Positions 1-26,561 of a stretch of DNA of 64,000 nt are shown here, in pieces. Within the stretch, counting starts at the first letter, position 1, and each line of letters starts with the position of its first letter. Source of the DNA: the human T2T-CHM13v2.0 reference genome, Homo sapiens; assembly GCF_009914755.1 (NCBI RefSeq), contig NC_060930.1; one strand, written 5' to 3'. The position numbers and the translations under genes are program-made. The notes under the pieces were generated by a model. It was not told the origin of the DNA. It searched no databases and saw nothing but the letters and a program-made list of their open reading frames with translations.

Positions 1-565
1 GATGCCCCCACACACCAAGGACAAGGGGAATCCAAAACCATCTTCAGTGTTCTGGGTTTACCACAGGGGAGACATTACTTTACCACAGGGGAGACAGACA
101 TTACTGGGAGGTAGAAGTAAATAATGGGGACAGAAGTTGGACCAGGAACGAGATGAGCTCTGGGTGTTTGTTCAGCACAATGAAGAGAGAGTGGTGGTTT
201 GTAGAAAGTCCAGAGAAGAATTTCTGCATGGTGACATGTGAAGAAGGAAGGGTCATGGCTCTCACTTCCTGCCCAGAGACTCTGTCAGGAGCCTCCCTGT
301 CCCCCTAGAAGGTTTCCAGGACAGCAAGGCTGGAGACGTGTCTTTTCACAACGAGGTCGATTAGTCCCACATCTATTCTCTTACTGGAATCACCTTCTGT
401 GGGATTTTCCATCCTTATTCTAGCCTTCAGAGTGCTGGCACATCTGTGACCTTCTGCTTAGATCATCATGAAAATTGTCCTGATTCTTTTCCAGTTACCC
501 CTGTAACTTCTTTAACGAGTTGTGATAGAGATGTTGCCCAGGAAGCTAATGTTCTATTAGCATAA
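1..565 (+). pseudogene. Degenerate B30.2 (PRY-SPRY) terminal exon of a dead butyrophilin-like gene; 5' part lies outside the window
   Basis: Stitched frames read FSVLG..FTTG/RHYWEVEVNNGDRSW..(*)ALGVCS..WFVESPEKNFC..FQDSKAGDVSFHNEVD*SHIYSLTGITFCGIFHPY..SVTFC, ending at TAA 563-565. These match the VLG, GRHYWEVEV, WxxGVC, LDYEAGDVSFYN, SHIYTF and FSGPLRPY motifs of BTN B30.2 domains. Several frameshifts and stops. Confidence 0.85.
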
Positions 566-1278
566 TAAGCAGCGAAGTGTTGGCACCTCTGCTGTCTCCA
601 CTGGAGCATCTTCTAGGTACATTCACCAGGAAAGCTGTCCTTGGATGGTGAGTAGGTCAGTTTCACTAGGTGTGATTTCACTTTCTGTCAAAGAGGAAGA
701 GGCAGAAAGTGAAGTGAGAGAACTGGAAAATGTCCAGGGAGATTTCCTCCGGTGCTGCTATTGGGGAAATACAGTCTCTTTGTGGGCAGCAACTATTTCT
801 CACAAGAAAACTCCAAACAAGTTCATGGATTTCTCATCTGTTTTCATGCTGAGTGTGTGTTGAAGTATATAATTTTAAAGCTACATTTACAGGGAAATCT
901 CTTCTTACTATTTTTGTTATCAAATATGGAGGAGGGGAGGCGTTTGAAGGGAAGTATTGCAGTAGAGTGAATTCTCACTTCCATTACCACTGTTGGAGAT
1001 GCATAGGAATCTGTCCAAGTCCTTTAATAGCTCAGCGTGTTTGCTCTTCAGGCTCTAGTGTACAATCAACTGCTAATCTTGGACTTTGACAAGGGACGGA
1101 GAAGGCTCATGAATAATTGTAAATAATTGGAGGAGGAGCCCAAGCCTTCTGGAAGGAAAGAGCCCTTTTCTTTAATAAGTTCTCACTGGTCAGCAAGTCC
1201 AGAATTGTGTCCTATGTGAGAATGTGAATGAAAGAGGAGTCAATGTTGCAGTTTATACTTTAGGAGAGAAAGCAGTAA

Positions 1279-2072
<794 letters not shown>

Positions 2073-3879
2073 GAGCTTCTTCTGTTAAATGAACCCTTTC
2101 TTCCTGATGATGGAAGAGATCCCCTTAGTTTTTCTTCTACAGTATTTGCAGATCTGTAAACCACAAGTGCCTCTAACAATCTGTCCTGTAGATGTATCTC
2201 CTTGGTGAAATTTCACGTCACACACTAAGTGGCAAAGACAGTATTCGAAGCCAGGAAGAATCAAGCCAGAGCCTAGTCCTAATTTCACTGACCCTAAAGG
2301 GAGGCTTACATATTTCATCAAGAAATAATCAAGGCAGGACAGAGGTAAATAAATGGTGATAAAATATTAATAGTTATAATCAAATGGACATGGTGGATGA
2401 GAAGGGATTTCTGGACATGCGAGCCCTAAACATGGGGGTAACAACAAAACAGGAACAAATGGGGTGGAACTGTGGTATAGAACACGAAATGTAACAGGTT
2501 CAGCCTTAGACATTTTACTTTTTTATACACTTAGGACATTCAGCATGAGGTTCAAGAGGAGTTTTTACTATCTCTTTTTCAGAGTCTAAATTCATATTTT
2601 TTCTACAACAAGATTCTTAAACTTGTCACTTCTTTACTCATTTTAATGGGTGTTTGTCCTTCTAAGCTTAGAGATTGGGGAGCAGTGGCTGCAGGTGGAC
2701 ATGGTAGAAAACGTGAAGGTGGATGGTTGATTGGACTCAGAGCTTTAGACCTGTCAGGGATAACAGTGTCCATCTTATTTTCATTTGTAGCTTTGAGTAA
2801 ATCAATAAGTAGTGCAGGGTCTCCAAGTAGCCTATCCTTTCTGGAAAAGTGAATTCACCACCTGGCTACATCAATTAATTCTTTATTGCTGGACTACTCT
2901 GGCACTCCCATTTTTAGTAAAGTTTATGAAGGTATAATAAGACATTCCAAAAACAGAGTGACTCCACTGCAAAAAAGAAAGACCTGAGGGCAGGAATTAT
3001 GTCTTATTAAGGATTGTATCTCTAGGCCTTAGCATAGTACATTCAACAGGTAAGATATTCAATAAATATCACTTTATGAGACAATTCATGCATTTTACAA
3101 ATGTTTATTGATAATCAATGTATGTCATTTTTACAGGTTGTGGGGCTAGACAAGAAGGAAAAAAATCACTGTCCTCATGGAAGTTAAATTGTACTGACAA
3201 AGGAGGAAAATGTCAGGGAGTTAACAATTCAGTCTCTGTGGCTTCCTCCTGTCCTCTCCCTGAAACTGAGATCCAGCCAATCTGCACATTTATTCTGAGA
3301 GTGGCCCCACTTTAATGACTACACCCAGCTGTCTACACACCAGGAGGGGAGGGAACTGTATCCTGAGGCACCAACCCGATTACCCACCCAACAGCCACAG
3401 GGACTTCCAGTGACTGGGGCATCATCCTCAATGCCACCAACCCCTCTCCTTCCTGTGGCTTTTCTAACTGGAACTGGAACTCAGAAAGTACATTAATCAC
3501 CAATTTGGGAAGCTATAGGAAAGTATGTTTTCTAATATACAGTGAGAGAATGTGACTGATAAAACCAATTTTCTTGAGACTTTCTCCCTGGAAAGTGAAT
3601 ATATGTATTCATAGGGCCTTCACAAGCACAGACTAACAAGCAAAGAGCTACATTCACTGGGAAGGAAGACTCAAAAGTAAGTGAAAAATAATAGTTAACC
3701 TTTAGATGTTGTGCAATAAATTATTTTTAATTACATTAAATCAAAATAGTGTTAAAATATTTTCAGGTAAACCTAGTATATTTACTAATAAATTTAAGTC
3801 TTCATAAATATAAAGATAGATCAATGTAAATGTAAAAATCATTTGTTAAACTCCAGAGATTATATAAACAAAAGGTGAA

Positions 3880-4455
3880 CCTAATGTAAAACTGTGGACT
3901 TTAGTTGAAAATAATGTGTCACTATTCTTTCATGGGTTGTAACAAATGTGCCACACTAATGTAAGATGTTAATAATAGCAGAAATAGGGGGGAGAGAGGA
4001 GGGATCTAGGAGCTCTCTGGATTTTCCATTTTATTTTGTTATAAATCTAAAACTGTTCTTAAAAATAATGTCTGTTAATTTTTTTTTTAAAAAGGAAAGA
4101 AGCACTGATACATGCTATGACATGGAAGAACTCTAAAAATATTAGGCTAAGGGAAAGAAGCCACATACACATACACATACACAGATAGTTTATGGTTCCA
4201 TTTATATAAAATATTCAGAATAGAAAAGTTCATAGGGACAGAAAGTAGATTACCTGGGGAGTAGGGGGTGAAAAATGGGTAGTAACTGCTTAATGGGTAT
4301 GAAGTTTCGTTTAGGGCGATGAAAATATTCTGGAACTAGAAAGTGATGATGATGGTCACACAGCAATGTCACATATACAATACCACAGAACTGTACACTT
4401 TAAAATGGTTAAAGGGTTTTATTTTATGTTATGTATTTTACCACAATTGAAAAAA
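3880..4455 (+). mobile_element. Two old L1M (L1MC/L1MB-like) 3' end fragments
   Basis: L1M 3'UTR motifs (tgtaacaaatgtgccacactaatgtaagatgttaataat; actgtacactttaaaatggtt..ttaccacaat). Confidence 0.7.
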
Positions 4456-5142
4456 ATGTTTATTAAAATTAATGTGTAAACATTTGTGGAAGAATAATGT
4501 GTAGTTTCTAACATTTATGTGTTTAAATTTATGAGTTTAAAAATAGAAAAAAAAATGATGGCCCAGAAGAGCAAGTTCAGAGTGCTGTTCATGAGTGATC
4601 CGCATGGGACCGCGATGCCTCTGACGTCTGCCATCCTGGAGAGCAGCAGAGCGTCACTAGCAGGTCCTCGTCTTCTCACTTCATAACATTCTTTCCAAAA
4701 GTCTTGTTGACATTCTTCTGTCTTCCACATATAGTTTATCTTCTTGAACTCATTATAACTTTAAAATATTTTTACTGTGTTACATGTACTGCTTATATTT
4801 GTTTATTTTATAATTATTAATTTTAAATTGTGCACTTTATTTTGCTCTAACAATAAAATTGACATGTTCGTATAGATGATACATAATTTTTCGCTTGGAT
4901 CGGAAAGTGTAAAATTTTTTTCCTGACTCAATTTCCTGTATCAACTTTCTCAAAAAGTCTGGAGGAAGGATTTTACAACACTTCATAAGATTTTCAAGAT
5001 TATATTTTAGTGATCAGATTTTTCTCCCCCTTATGCAGCTGTATTTTCTTTCACTTTTTTTTAACTGTATATATATATTTTTTATTTTCTCAGTTCCACC
5101 TATGTGGACAATTAATTGTCACCATCTTAAATAAACTGATCA

Positions 5143-5474
5143 GGCCAGGTGTGGTGGCTCATGCCTGTAATTCCAGCACTTTGGGAGGCCGAGGCGAGTG
5201 GATCATTTGAGGCCAGAAGTTTGAGACCAGCCTGGCCAACAAAGTGAAACCCCATCTCTACTAAAAATACAAAAATAGGCTGGGCATGGTGGCACATGCC
5301 TGTAATCCCAGCTACTCATGAGACTGAGGCAAGAGAATTGCTTGAACCCGGGAGGCAGAGGTTGCAGTCAGCTGAGATCATGCCACTGCACTCCAGCCTG
5401 GGTGACAGAGTGAGACTTTGTCTCAGAAAAAAAAAAAAAAAAAAAAAAAGAAAAGAAAAAAAAAAAAAAAAAGA
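5143..5474 (+). mobile_element. Alu element
   Basis: Full dimeric Alu, long A tail, TSD aaactga(t/c)ca. Confidence 0.95.
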
Positions 5475-5809
5475 AACTGACCAAATCCTTGATTATTCCT
5501 TTCATTTCTTCCTGTAGGCTAAATTGTATTTCCCATGGGATTTTCTAAGGGTCCTTGATTATCAGATGTCAGATTGTGATTGATAGGCCGGATCTCAGAG
5601 AACCTGGAACAGGATAGGTCTCTGAAAAGATCAGTCTCCAGCAGATTTTCCTGAGTAGAATTAAAACACCTTGAGTTAGTACTTCAATGATCATGGCAGC
5701 CCCCTTCAAGCAGTTAGAGAAATGAGAAATGATCAGGACTCAGAATATCATTCTGGTTTCCAGAATCCCAGATTGTTATTTTCCTGATACGTTGGAGATG
5801 TTCTTGTGG

Positions 5810-6312
5810 GTACAGAAAAAATGTCCAGAGAACCTACATTAGGGAACCAAAGAATGAAGCGGGGTGCAGAGTCCCAGAGAAGGAAGTTTTGGGGAAGGTG
5901 TAGATAGGGCACTTGCCAATCATGTTATAAGAGGAGAGGTATTCAGAGGCACGGTCAGGGGGATTCTGACTTGTTCAGGGGCCACCTTCAAGGGGATGGG
6001 GCTTGGAAGAGAGGGGATGGCCCAGAACTCATTTCTTTTGCAATCCATTGCCTAAAACTCACTGTCAGGTGACACAGAGATGACTCTTTCTTTGCAACAT
6101 GTGCTTGGCAACCTCCGGGACCCATCGCGCCCTGTTCCCAGTCTCCACCTCTCAGTACCAGCTCCCTGACAGGAGTTCCCTCTGGCCCATAGAGCAGATA
6201 GTCAGATCTCTGTGGGATATCTGGCTGCCTGAATGTCCATGGATCACACGCTTGTTCTGTTCAGAAGAAATCAGTCTCAGGTGAGCTGTGTTTGAAGCCA
6301 ATGTCACATTCA
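5810..6312 (-). pseudogene. BTNL2: Vestigial B30.2/PRY-SPRY exon downstream of the BTNL2 stop codon (probably the BTNL2 3'UTR exon)
   Basis: Strong acceptor ttctctttctttacag|TG at 6314/6312. Reads VNVTLASNTAHLRLISSE..SGSWY*EVETGNRARW..SPDSEF*AM..PLKVAPEQVRI..SYNMIGKCPIYTFPKTSFSGTLHP..FILW, colinear with BTN B30.2 (VTLDPDTAHP, GRHYWEVEV, PENGFW, FYNMTDGSHIYTF, FSGPLRPFF). Confidence 0.85.
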
Positions 6313-6891
6313 CTGTAAAGAAAGAGAATCCATTCTGATAATTAATCAATATAATTTCATTCTATTAACAGCCAAACAGGAAGACAAGTGTTTCACGGAC
6401 ATAAGAAATTTAAAGTGGAAGCACTTTCTAGAGCACACAAAACAGCCTCCCTAACACATGAGAAGTCACCAGCAACACAGAAATCACCAACAAGTAGGTC
6501 ACCACATTTTTAAAGATCATAGGAAATTGTTCACGCCAACAAATCTCAGTGAACCTCAGCTCTCAGCCTTGAAAACAAGGATGGCTGTACTACTCACTTT
6601 TTTCTTCTTCTTCCCTAACCAGATCACTGGGGAATGGGCAGCAGGAAATCAAATCATTATCTTTTAATCATTTTGCTTCTATTACAAGTGGAAACACTGA
6701 CCTCATGCATCACTGAGCCTGGATTGCATGATAAGCCCTGGGCTTTCCTGTTTCTCATGTTTCCTTAGTTACTGGATATTCACTGACTGCCTCCCATAGG
6801 TGACTTGTGAAAAGGGAGGCTCGGGGAAGTACGCAGTACGGTTCCCACTGCAGTGTGCTCCGCTGTTTCTGTTTCCCTGACTTACCTCTTT

Positions 6892-20045
<13,154 letters not shown>

Positions 20046-20240
20046 CCTCCCTGGAACAAAGACAAGGAAACGCTGTGCCTAAGTGAGGCTGTGACACACC
20101 CGGCACACTCCATGGCTTCCATTGGTTATGCAGTCTTAGCAGAGAATCCACATCAACCCCTGCACAGTCAGTGAAATGGGCTTGGCTCCATTTCTCTGCA
20201 ATTACTGATCACATCCAACCCTTTACCTAACGTGTTATAT

Positions 20241-20905
20241 TGTGAGACAATGTAGCAAATGTAAGAAGCCTTGCTTGCTCATTTCGGCTTGCTAGCATAC
20301 TTTCACAAAGCCCCTGCTGTGATGACCTGCAGTTCTCCAGAAAGATGCTTCAAAGACAAAACAAGATTGAGCACACGGCCTCCCATCTCTCTTGCCTGAG
20401 TCACTCTACTCCTTAAAAGATAAGCAATAATAGTCCTTGCCTTTTCCTACACATAAGATAACGTCTGATTGAAGGATACCTCTGTAACCTATAACCAGAT
20501 CTGCTCATACACCCAAACGTTGATGTAGTTCGGCTTCAATGTAGCTTCTGAGCTAATTTGATGTAGTGGTTAATATGTAACCTCCTGACATCGAAAAGGA
20601 TATGGATTTGTTTCTGAATCATAAAGTTTTACTGATTGTTTTGTGCATGAAATATTTTAGTCTATATATTGTCATCTGTGTCCAATGATTGTAACCTCTG
20701 TATTGTACCCTCCAGTGAAAAAAGACAACTCCAATATGAAGAGCCCCTTTCTTTCTGCCTGAACTTCCTTACAAAAGCCTTCCAACTTGTAACAGACTTT
20801 GGACCACCCTCAACTTCGTTGGTGTGTCTTCCTACATCAGTCCTGACATTTGCCTTCCAATAGAACTTTATGAAATTATTCCTGCCTCAGCAACCCTAAT
20901 TTCAT
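20241..20905 (+). mobile_element. ERV-type solo LTR (family not assigned) just upstream of the BTNL2 ATG exon
   Basis: TG start (tgtgagac), LTR-like U3 content, degenerate polyA region near 20860, CA end. Confidence 0.55.
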
Positions 20906-22244
20906 GAGACAATATTTTAAGCAATTTTTTAGGTGTAAGGAAGTCTTGTGACTGAAATGAAAAAACACTTGAGGTAAAGGAACAATAATATTAAAAAAAC
21001 CCCAAACCAAACCAAAGCAAACAAAACTCCTTAGGTTCATCTGTTGTGAGCTTGCAAAACTTATAGAGCAAGATTCAAATATTTTTTCCTGTCCTCCTCC
21101 CAACTCCTCCTGCAAAGCCTTTCTTTACCACTGTTTTCTACACATGGAGGAAAGGGCAGGAAGGCTCTGCGTCTCCACACTGCAGCCAGAAAGCCAACAT
21201 TCAGTGCTAGCGCTCAGAGAACCCGGGACACAGAGATGCCGTGGAAAGTGAAAGAAAGAGTAGTAGAAAGATAGTCGGGAAAATATCTGTAAGTGGCCTT
21301 TTAGAATAGACTTAAAAACACGAATGAATTAAAAAAACAAAAAGCCCAACTGGCAGAAACTGGCAAACCCAGCAACCCCACTGTCCCAGCTGAACAAAAA
21401 TACTTCACACAGCTAAAAACTTTAAAACTTACCAGGACAAGGATAGAAGGCTAGTTTTACCATTGAAAAATACAAACTTCAGAGTGAAAGAAGTCTAAGA
21501 CTTATTATATGTGATGTGTCAAGTATTTTATTGAAAGAAAACTTGCTTCACACAAAGTAGAGAAACCAGCTCAGGAGCAATGTCAAGTCAATTACAGTTT
21601 CCCCCTTTCCAAGAAACTACTGCTAGTAAGATTTTATGGGACAGGGGTAAAAATCAACATTCTGAAATGGAGATTTAACAATCAAATGAGTCAGGAGATT
21701 GTTGTTACACAAATATTGCCCATTTGCTTTATAAAAAATATGTACTTTCATATAAGATATCTCTAAGGAAACTTATATGAGCCCATTCACAATACCTAGA
21801 TCGAAAAGGGCAGTATGATATTTATGTGAAAATGGGGTTGGGTGTTAGAAGACAGTGCAGACCATGAGCACCTTGCCACCTGAAACTTACCAGTCACCTC
21901 CCCTTAGACTGAAGGGTGTTGCTGATGCCTCCCTGACTCCTTTTGTGAAAAGCAGGAACATTTTTTTCCACCAAGTAAGAGTAAAGAAAGCCCCACAACA
22001 TCCATACCAAGCATGATTTCTCAGCCTTGTGAACTAAAATGAACTCACACTTGCTACAGACCACTTCAGAGGCTTGCGTTCCTGTAGGTCTTTCATGTCA
22101 AAGCGGTGGGAGGGAAAATCTACAAGTGAACTCTCAAAAAAATTGCTCAAATCAATGAAGCTTTCGAAGAATGTTGGGAGAATCCATCTCCAGTGCTCAG
22201 ATAGACTGTGAGAGAATATATCAGGGAGGATAACCACCTTGGAC

Positions 22245-22452
22245 CAGGGTTCTTAATGGGCAAAGAGGCTGTTTTGCCCTTAGAGGACATTTGGCAATGT
22301 CTGGGAACATTTTCAGTTGTCACGACTGGGGGAGGGGACATATATTGAGTAGAAACCAGGGGTGTTGCTAAACATTCTATGAGGCACGTGGCAGCCCCCA
22401 CAACAAAGAGTCATCCAGCCCAGAAGGCCGGTGGTGCCGAGGAAATGCCCTG
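22245..22452 (+). mobile_element. MER20 (hAT-Charlie) DNA transposon
   Basis: ggacatttggcaatgtctgg..gctaaacattcta..cccccacaacaaaga..cagcccag. Confidence 0.8.
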
Positions 22453-22959
22453 CCACAGGGTTTGCTGTCAGGATGCTGAAAAGCTTTGGCACATTTTTTG
22501 AAAATAGATAACTAGACTTAAATTGCCATCTTTAAGTAAAAACCTTTTAAAATGATAAGCTTTTGACCCCTCCGTTTTACTATTTGGATGTAATGCAAGA
22601 ATCTTCTGAAACTGCTGTTCCTATTAAATATAGTAAATTTTGGTGTTGTCAAGATATATGATCTAATATGCAAATGTATCATCAAATTCTCAAAAACCCA
22701 TGTTTAATTTAATTTAATTTTCTGGATAAAGTTTAAGTGTTAAATTGTAATAATAAGTGGTAGCTTATGTTTAGGCATTAGATGATGAACAATTCTGAAT
22801 TTCAAGGCCTATCCTGCACTGCTAAAACTCATATCAAAGAAAATTGCAAATTACTACGTATCATGCATGGGTCATTAGAACTTTTTTCAGTAAAAGCCTC
22901 AAATGTTGCTCCTCAAAATGCCAAGCAGCCATAGTAACTGACTGGTAAGAATAAATTAA

Positions 22960-23019
22960 CTTAGTTCACGAAGTTGAAAGCTTATGTATCTTAGTTCACG
23001 AAGTTGAAAGCTTATGTAT
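22960..23019. repeat. Perfect 30-bp tandem duplication
   Basis: cttagttcacgaagttgaaagcttatgtat x2. Confidence 0.95.
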
Positions 23020-23033
23020 CTATGTAGACATTA

Positions 23034-23799
<766 letters not shown>

Positions 23800-26542
23800 A
23801 AAAACAGCTATAGTTTATCATATGTTAAAACAATACATTTTTATAGAGAAAGCTAAAATAAGATTTCTAGGAGACAAAGTGAATTGGGTTTTTGTGTGTG
23901 TGTGTGTGACCTTGGACATCTTTCTTTACTTTTTTGAGCCTGTATTTTCTCTGCTGTGTGGTGGAGACAATCATCCTAATGTTTTCCAAGCTGTGTCATG
24001 ACCATGTGACATAAGAAGACGTCAAGGCTCAGGGACACATGCCCCACATCATCCATGACAAATGAAAATGTGATCCTGGTTTTCTCGTTTTTAATTTCGT
24101 GCTTCTTCCTCACTCAGCCTGCTTCACAAGAACACTGTGAGGGTCAAATGGGCTACAATCGCACTTTGAAGACTGCGCAGTGGGATATAAATGTAAGTGG
24201 GAGGCAGTGTAACAGGTGGCAGCATTTCCCTAAAGGACATTGATTCTGTCCGTATGTCCTACTCTGTAATCTGAGACAATGTCCCCAGCTTCCCGTGGCC
24301 ATCCTTCACCAGGGAATCCAAACCACTCACGTGTCTCCCTCTCTCCTTTGGGGCGAAACCTGGTGCTACTGGGTCTTCTCACTTAGCCCCAGATGTATCT
24401 TCATCCACATAGCAGGTGGTCAGAAACAGGTCAGAGCCCTGGGGTGTGCTGATCAAAGACAGAACTGTGGGAGAGCCAGAGAGTGTGGAGGCCTCCTCCA
24501 GGACTTTGGGTGAAGGAGGATTTAAGCCGTCTCACCCCAGTTGAAGGCAGAGCCAAATCCCGGAGGCCCTGTGAAAATGAGATTGCATTCTGAAAATCAG
24601 AATAGCACATTCACCTCCTAACAGCTATAATCCTCTCAACAGTGAAACTCCAGGGACAAGTGGACTTTGGCTGGGTTCAGTTGTGAATTCTGCAGACGTG
24701 CACACAAAATCATGACACTGGCAATTCTCACCTTCCCCAGAAAGCCAAGGCCTTCATGGAGGCCTCATCTGCAACCCCCCAGTTAGGTCCTCACACAGAC
24801 CCCACCGTCCCACACATCAGCGGGTGCTATCCACCCTTCCCTCCACCTTGCCACACATCAAAGATTCCCAACTAGTGCCAAGTCTCCACCAGAGCATGGC
24901 ACTCATCGGGCTGGAGTTGGAAGCAAAACTGAATATCAAACGTGCCATCCCTCATTCCACTGATGAGAAAACAGAGACCCAGAGAAAGGAACTGCCCTCT
25001 CCAGGATCAGAGCTCTGGGCCAAGGTCCCTTGTGGGCTACTTTATTGCTCTTTTTACTCAGGTACTTTATCTCCCTTTGCTGAGTAATAAAAGGTTTAAT
25101 TACTCTCAGATGTTTACCAAAGAAATGTAATAACCTTCTCAGCATAATATTTGGGCATGAAGAGTATAATGATAGGCATATTTTGTGTGTGTTTTTGTTT
25201 CTGCCAGATTTTCCTTTACGTTCCCCTTAAGTCTGTGTTCCTTGAGCTAGAGGGGGTCTCAGATATAGTCTCAGGATTTCAAGAGTTCTCCAGAACAATT
25301 TTTAATTTAATTGCAGATTTTCATGTCAATGTAATGATAAAAGCATATGCAGCATTATGATGTTACAAGGTTTGAGCCGATTTTTTCCTTAAGTTTCTTT
25401 CCCTCCCATTATGAGCAGCCCATAATTGGGTCCCCTGACTTACGGTTACGATTCTTAATGTAAGGGTTTCCCCCTCCATCCTTCAGTCTAGACAAAGACC
25501 CTCCCCTCACTGTAGAGGATGAGAGATTTGGAGAGAAGAGAAACATAATTAAACATGGACGAGGATAGGAGGGTCTCTTTACCCTGGTTCTCTCTCAATT
25601 GGAGTAGAGGGGAATGAACCCCACTTCACCTCCGGTTCCCAGAATGGTAGCGATGCCCACAGATGTCCCTCTCAGAGTGGCAGCAAAGGAAAAGTTCTCC
25701 AAGGCAAGAAGTGGCAGACTCTGGAAGGCTCCAACAGTGGGATGAAAGTTTGCTGCCTAAAATGCTGGGATGGAATGTTCCAGCAAGAGGAGAGTGGCAT
25801 CAAGGACATAACAGTGATCGTCACCACTGTGGGAAGGACAGTGACGACCAGGAAACACGACGCGATAGTGACATATTGTGGGAGCTGATGATGCAAATGT
25901 GAGGAGAGACTTCTACACCAGCCCTGCTCCGCCTCCCACCTCAGAACTTAGAAATCACACGGCAGGTGAAGGAGAGGCTGCTATTAAATTAATTGTGTGA
26001 AAGCCCCTGAATTTATCTGGAAATTACCAGATGAACTCCTCTGTCAGAAGACATAATAATGCTTGGCATACAAATTAAAATCCGTAATAGGAAAATATAG
26101 AAATTTACTTTATACACCTGAATGTGTGAAAAGATGCCGCTCATTGCATGCATTCTGTAGTATCATCTCTATGGTACCAAATGCTGCAATTATTTGAATT
26201 TTTTATGGTCAGTCACATCAGCGCCAACTCACCGCGTAAAGAAGCTCCGTTTACACTCGCGTGTGTGTGTTCTCACAAATCATCTGCATACACTTTCTCA
26301 GAGGTCTGCCTGTGCTGAGAACTGTGTCCTAAATTATGCTACATATTATGGGAGGTCATTTTGTGCAGGAAGATGTTGGTGTGTGGGAGAGAAAAAAAGG
26401 AGTCACAATCTCTGCATTCTGACTAGAGTCCACCTCCAGGAGAAGCGGGAAAACAAGGCATAAGCTGCTAGAACTGAGGAGAGGGAAAAACAAGCATCCG
26501 GCGAGGGCAGGAGGAACAGGAGAGGGGAGTCATGGATCTGCC

Positions 26543-26561
26543 TGGCCACCAGAGGGCAGCA
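26543..26561 (+). promoter_or_regulatory. CTCF binding motif (candidate BTNL2/HLA-DRA insulator)
   Basis: TGGCCACCAGAGGGCAGCA, near-perfect CTCF core consensus. Confidence 0.8.

Noticed and set aside
4560-4700. CpG-containing patch with CRE-like sites (TGACGTC, GCGTCA) and a 71-aa minus-strand ORF
   Set aside because: No recognisable protein similarity; could be an old repeat or a minor promoter, not supportable.
3400-6650. Annotated lncRNAs of this interval (HCG23, TSBP1-AS1) recalled from the literature
   Set aside because: Their exons cannot be defined from sequence alone, so no feature is called.
25640-25910. Unique CpG-containing segment with short ORFs on both strands
   Set aside because: No recognisable domain or retrocopy hallmarks.
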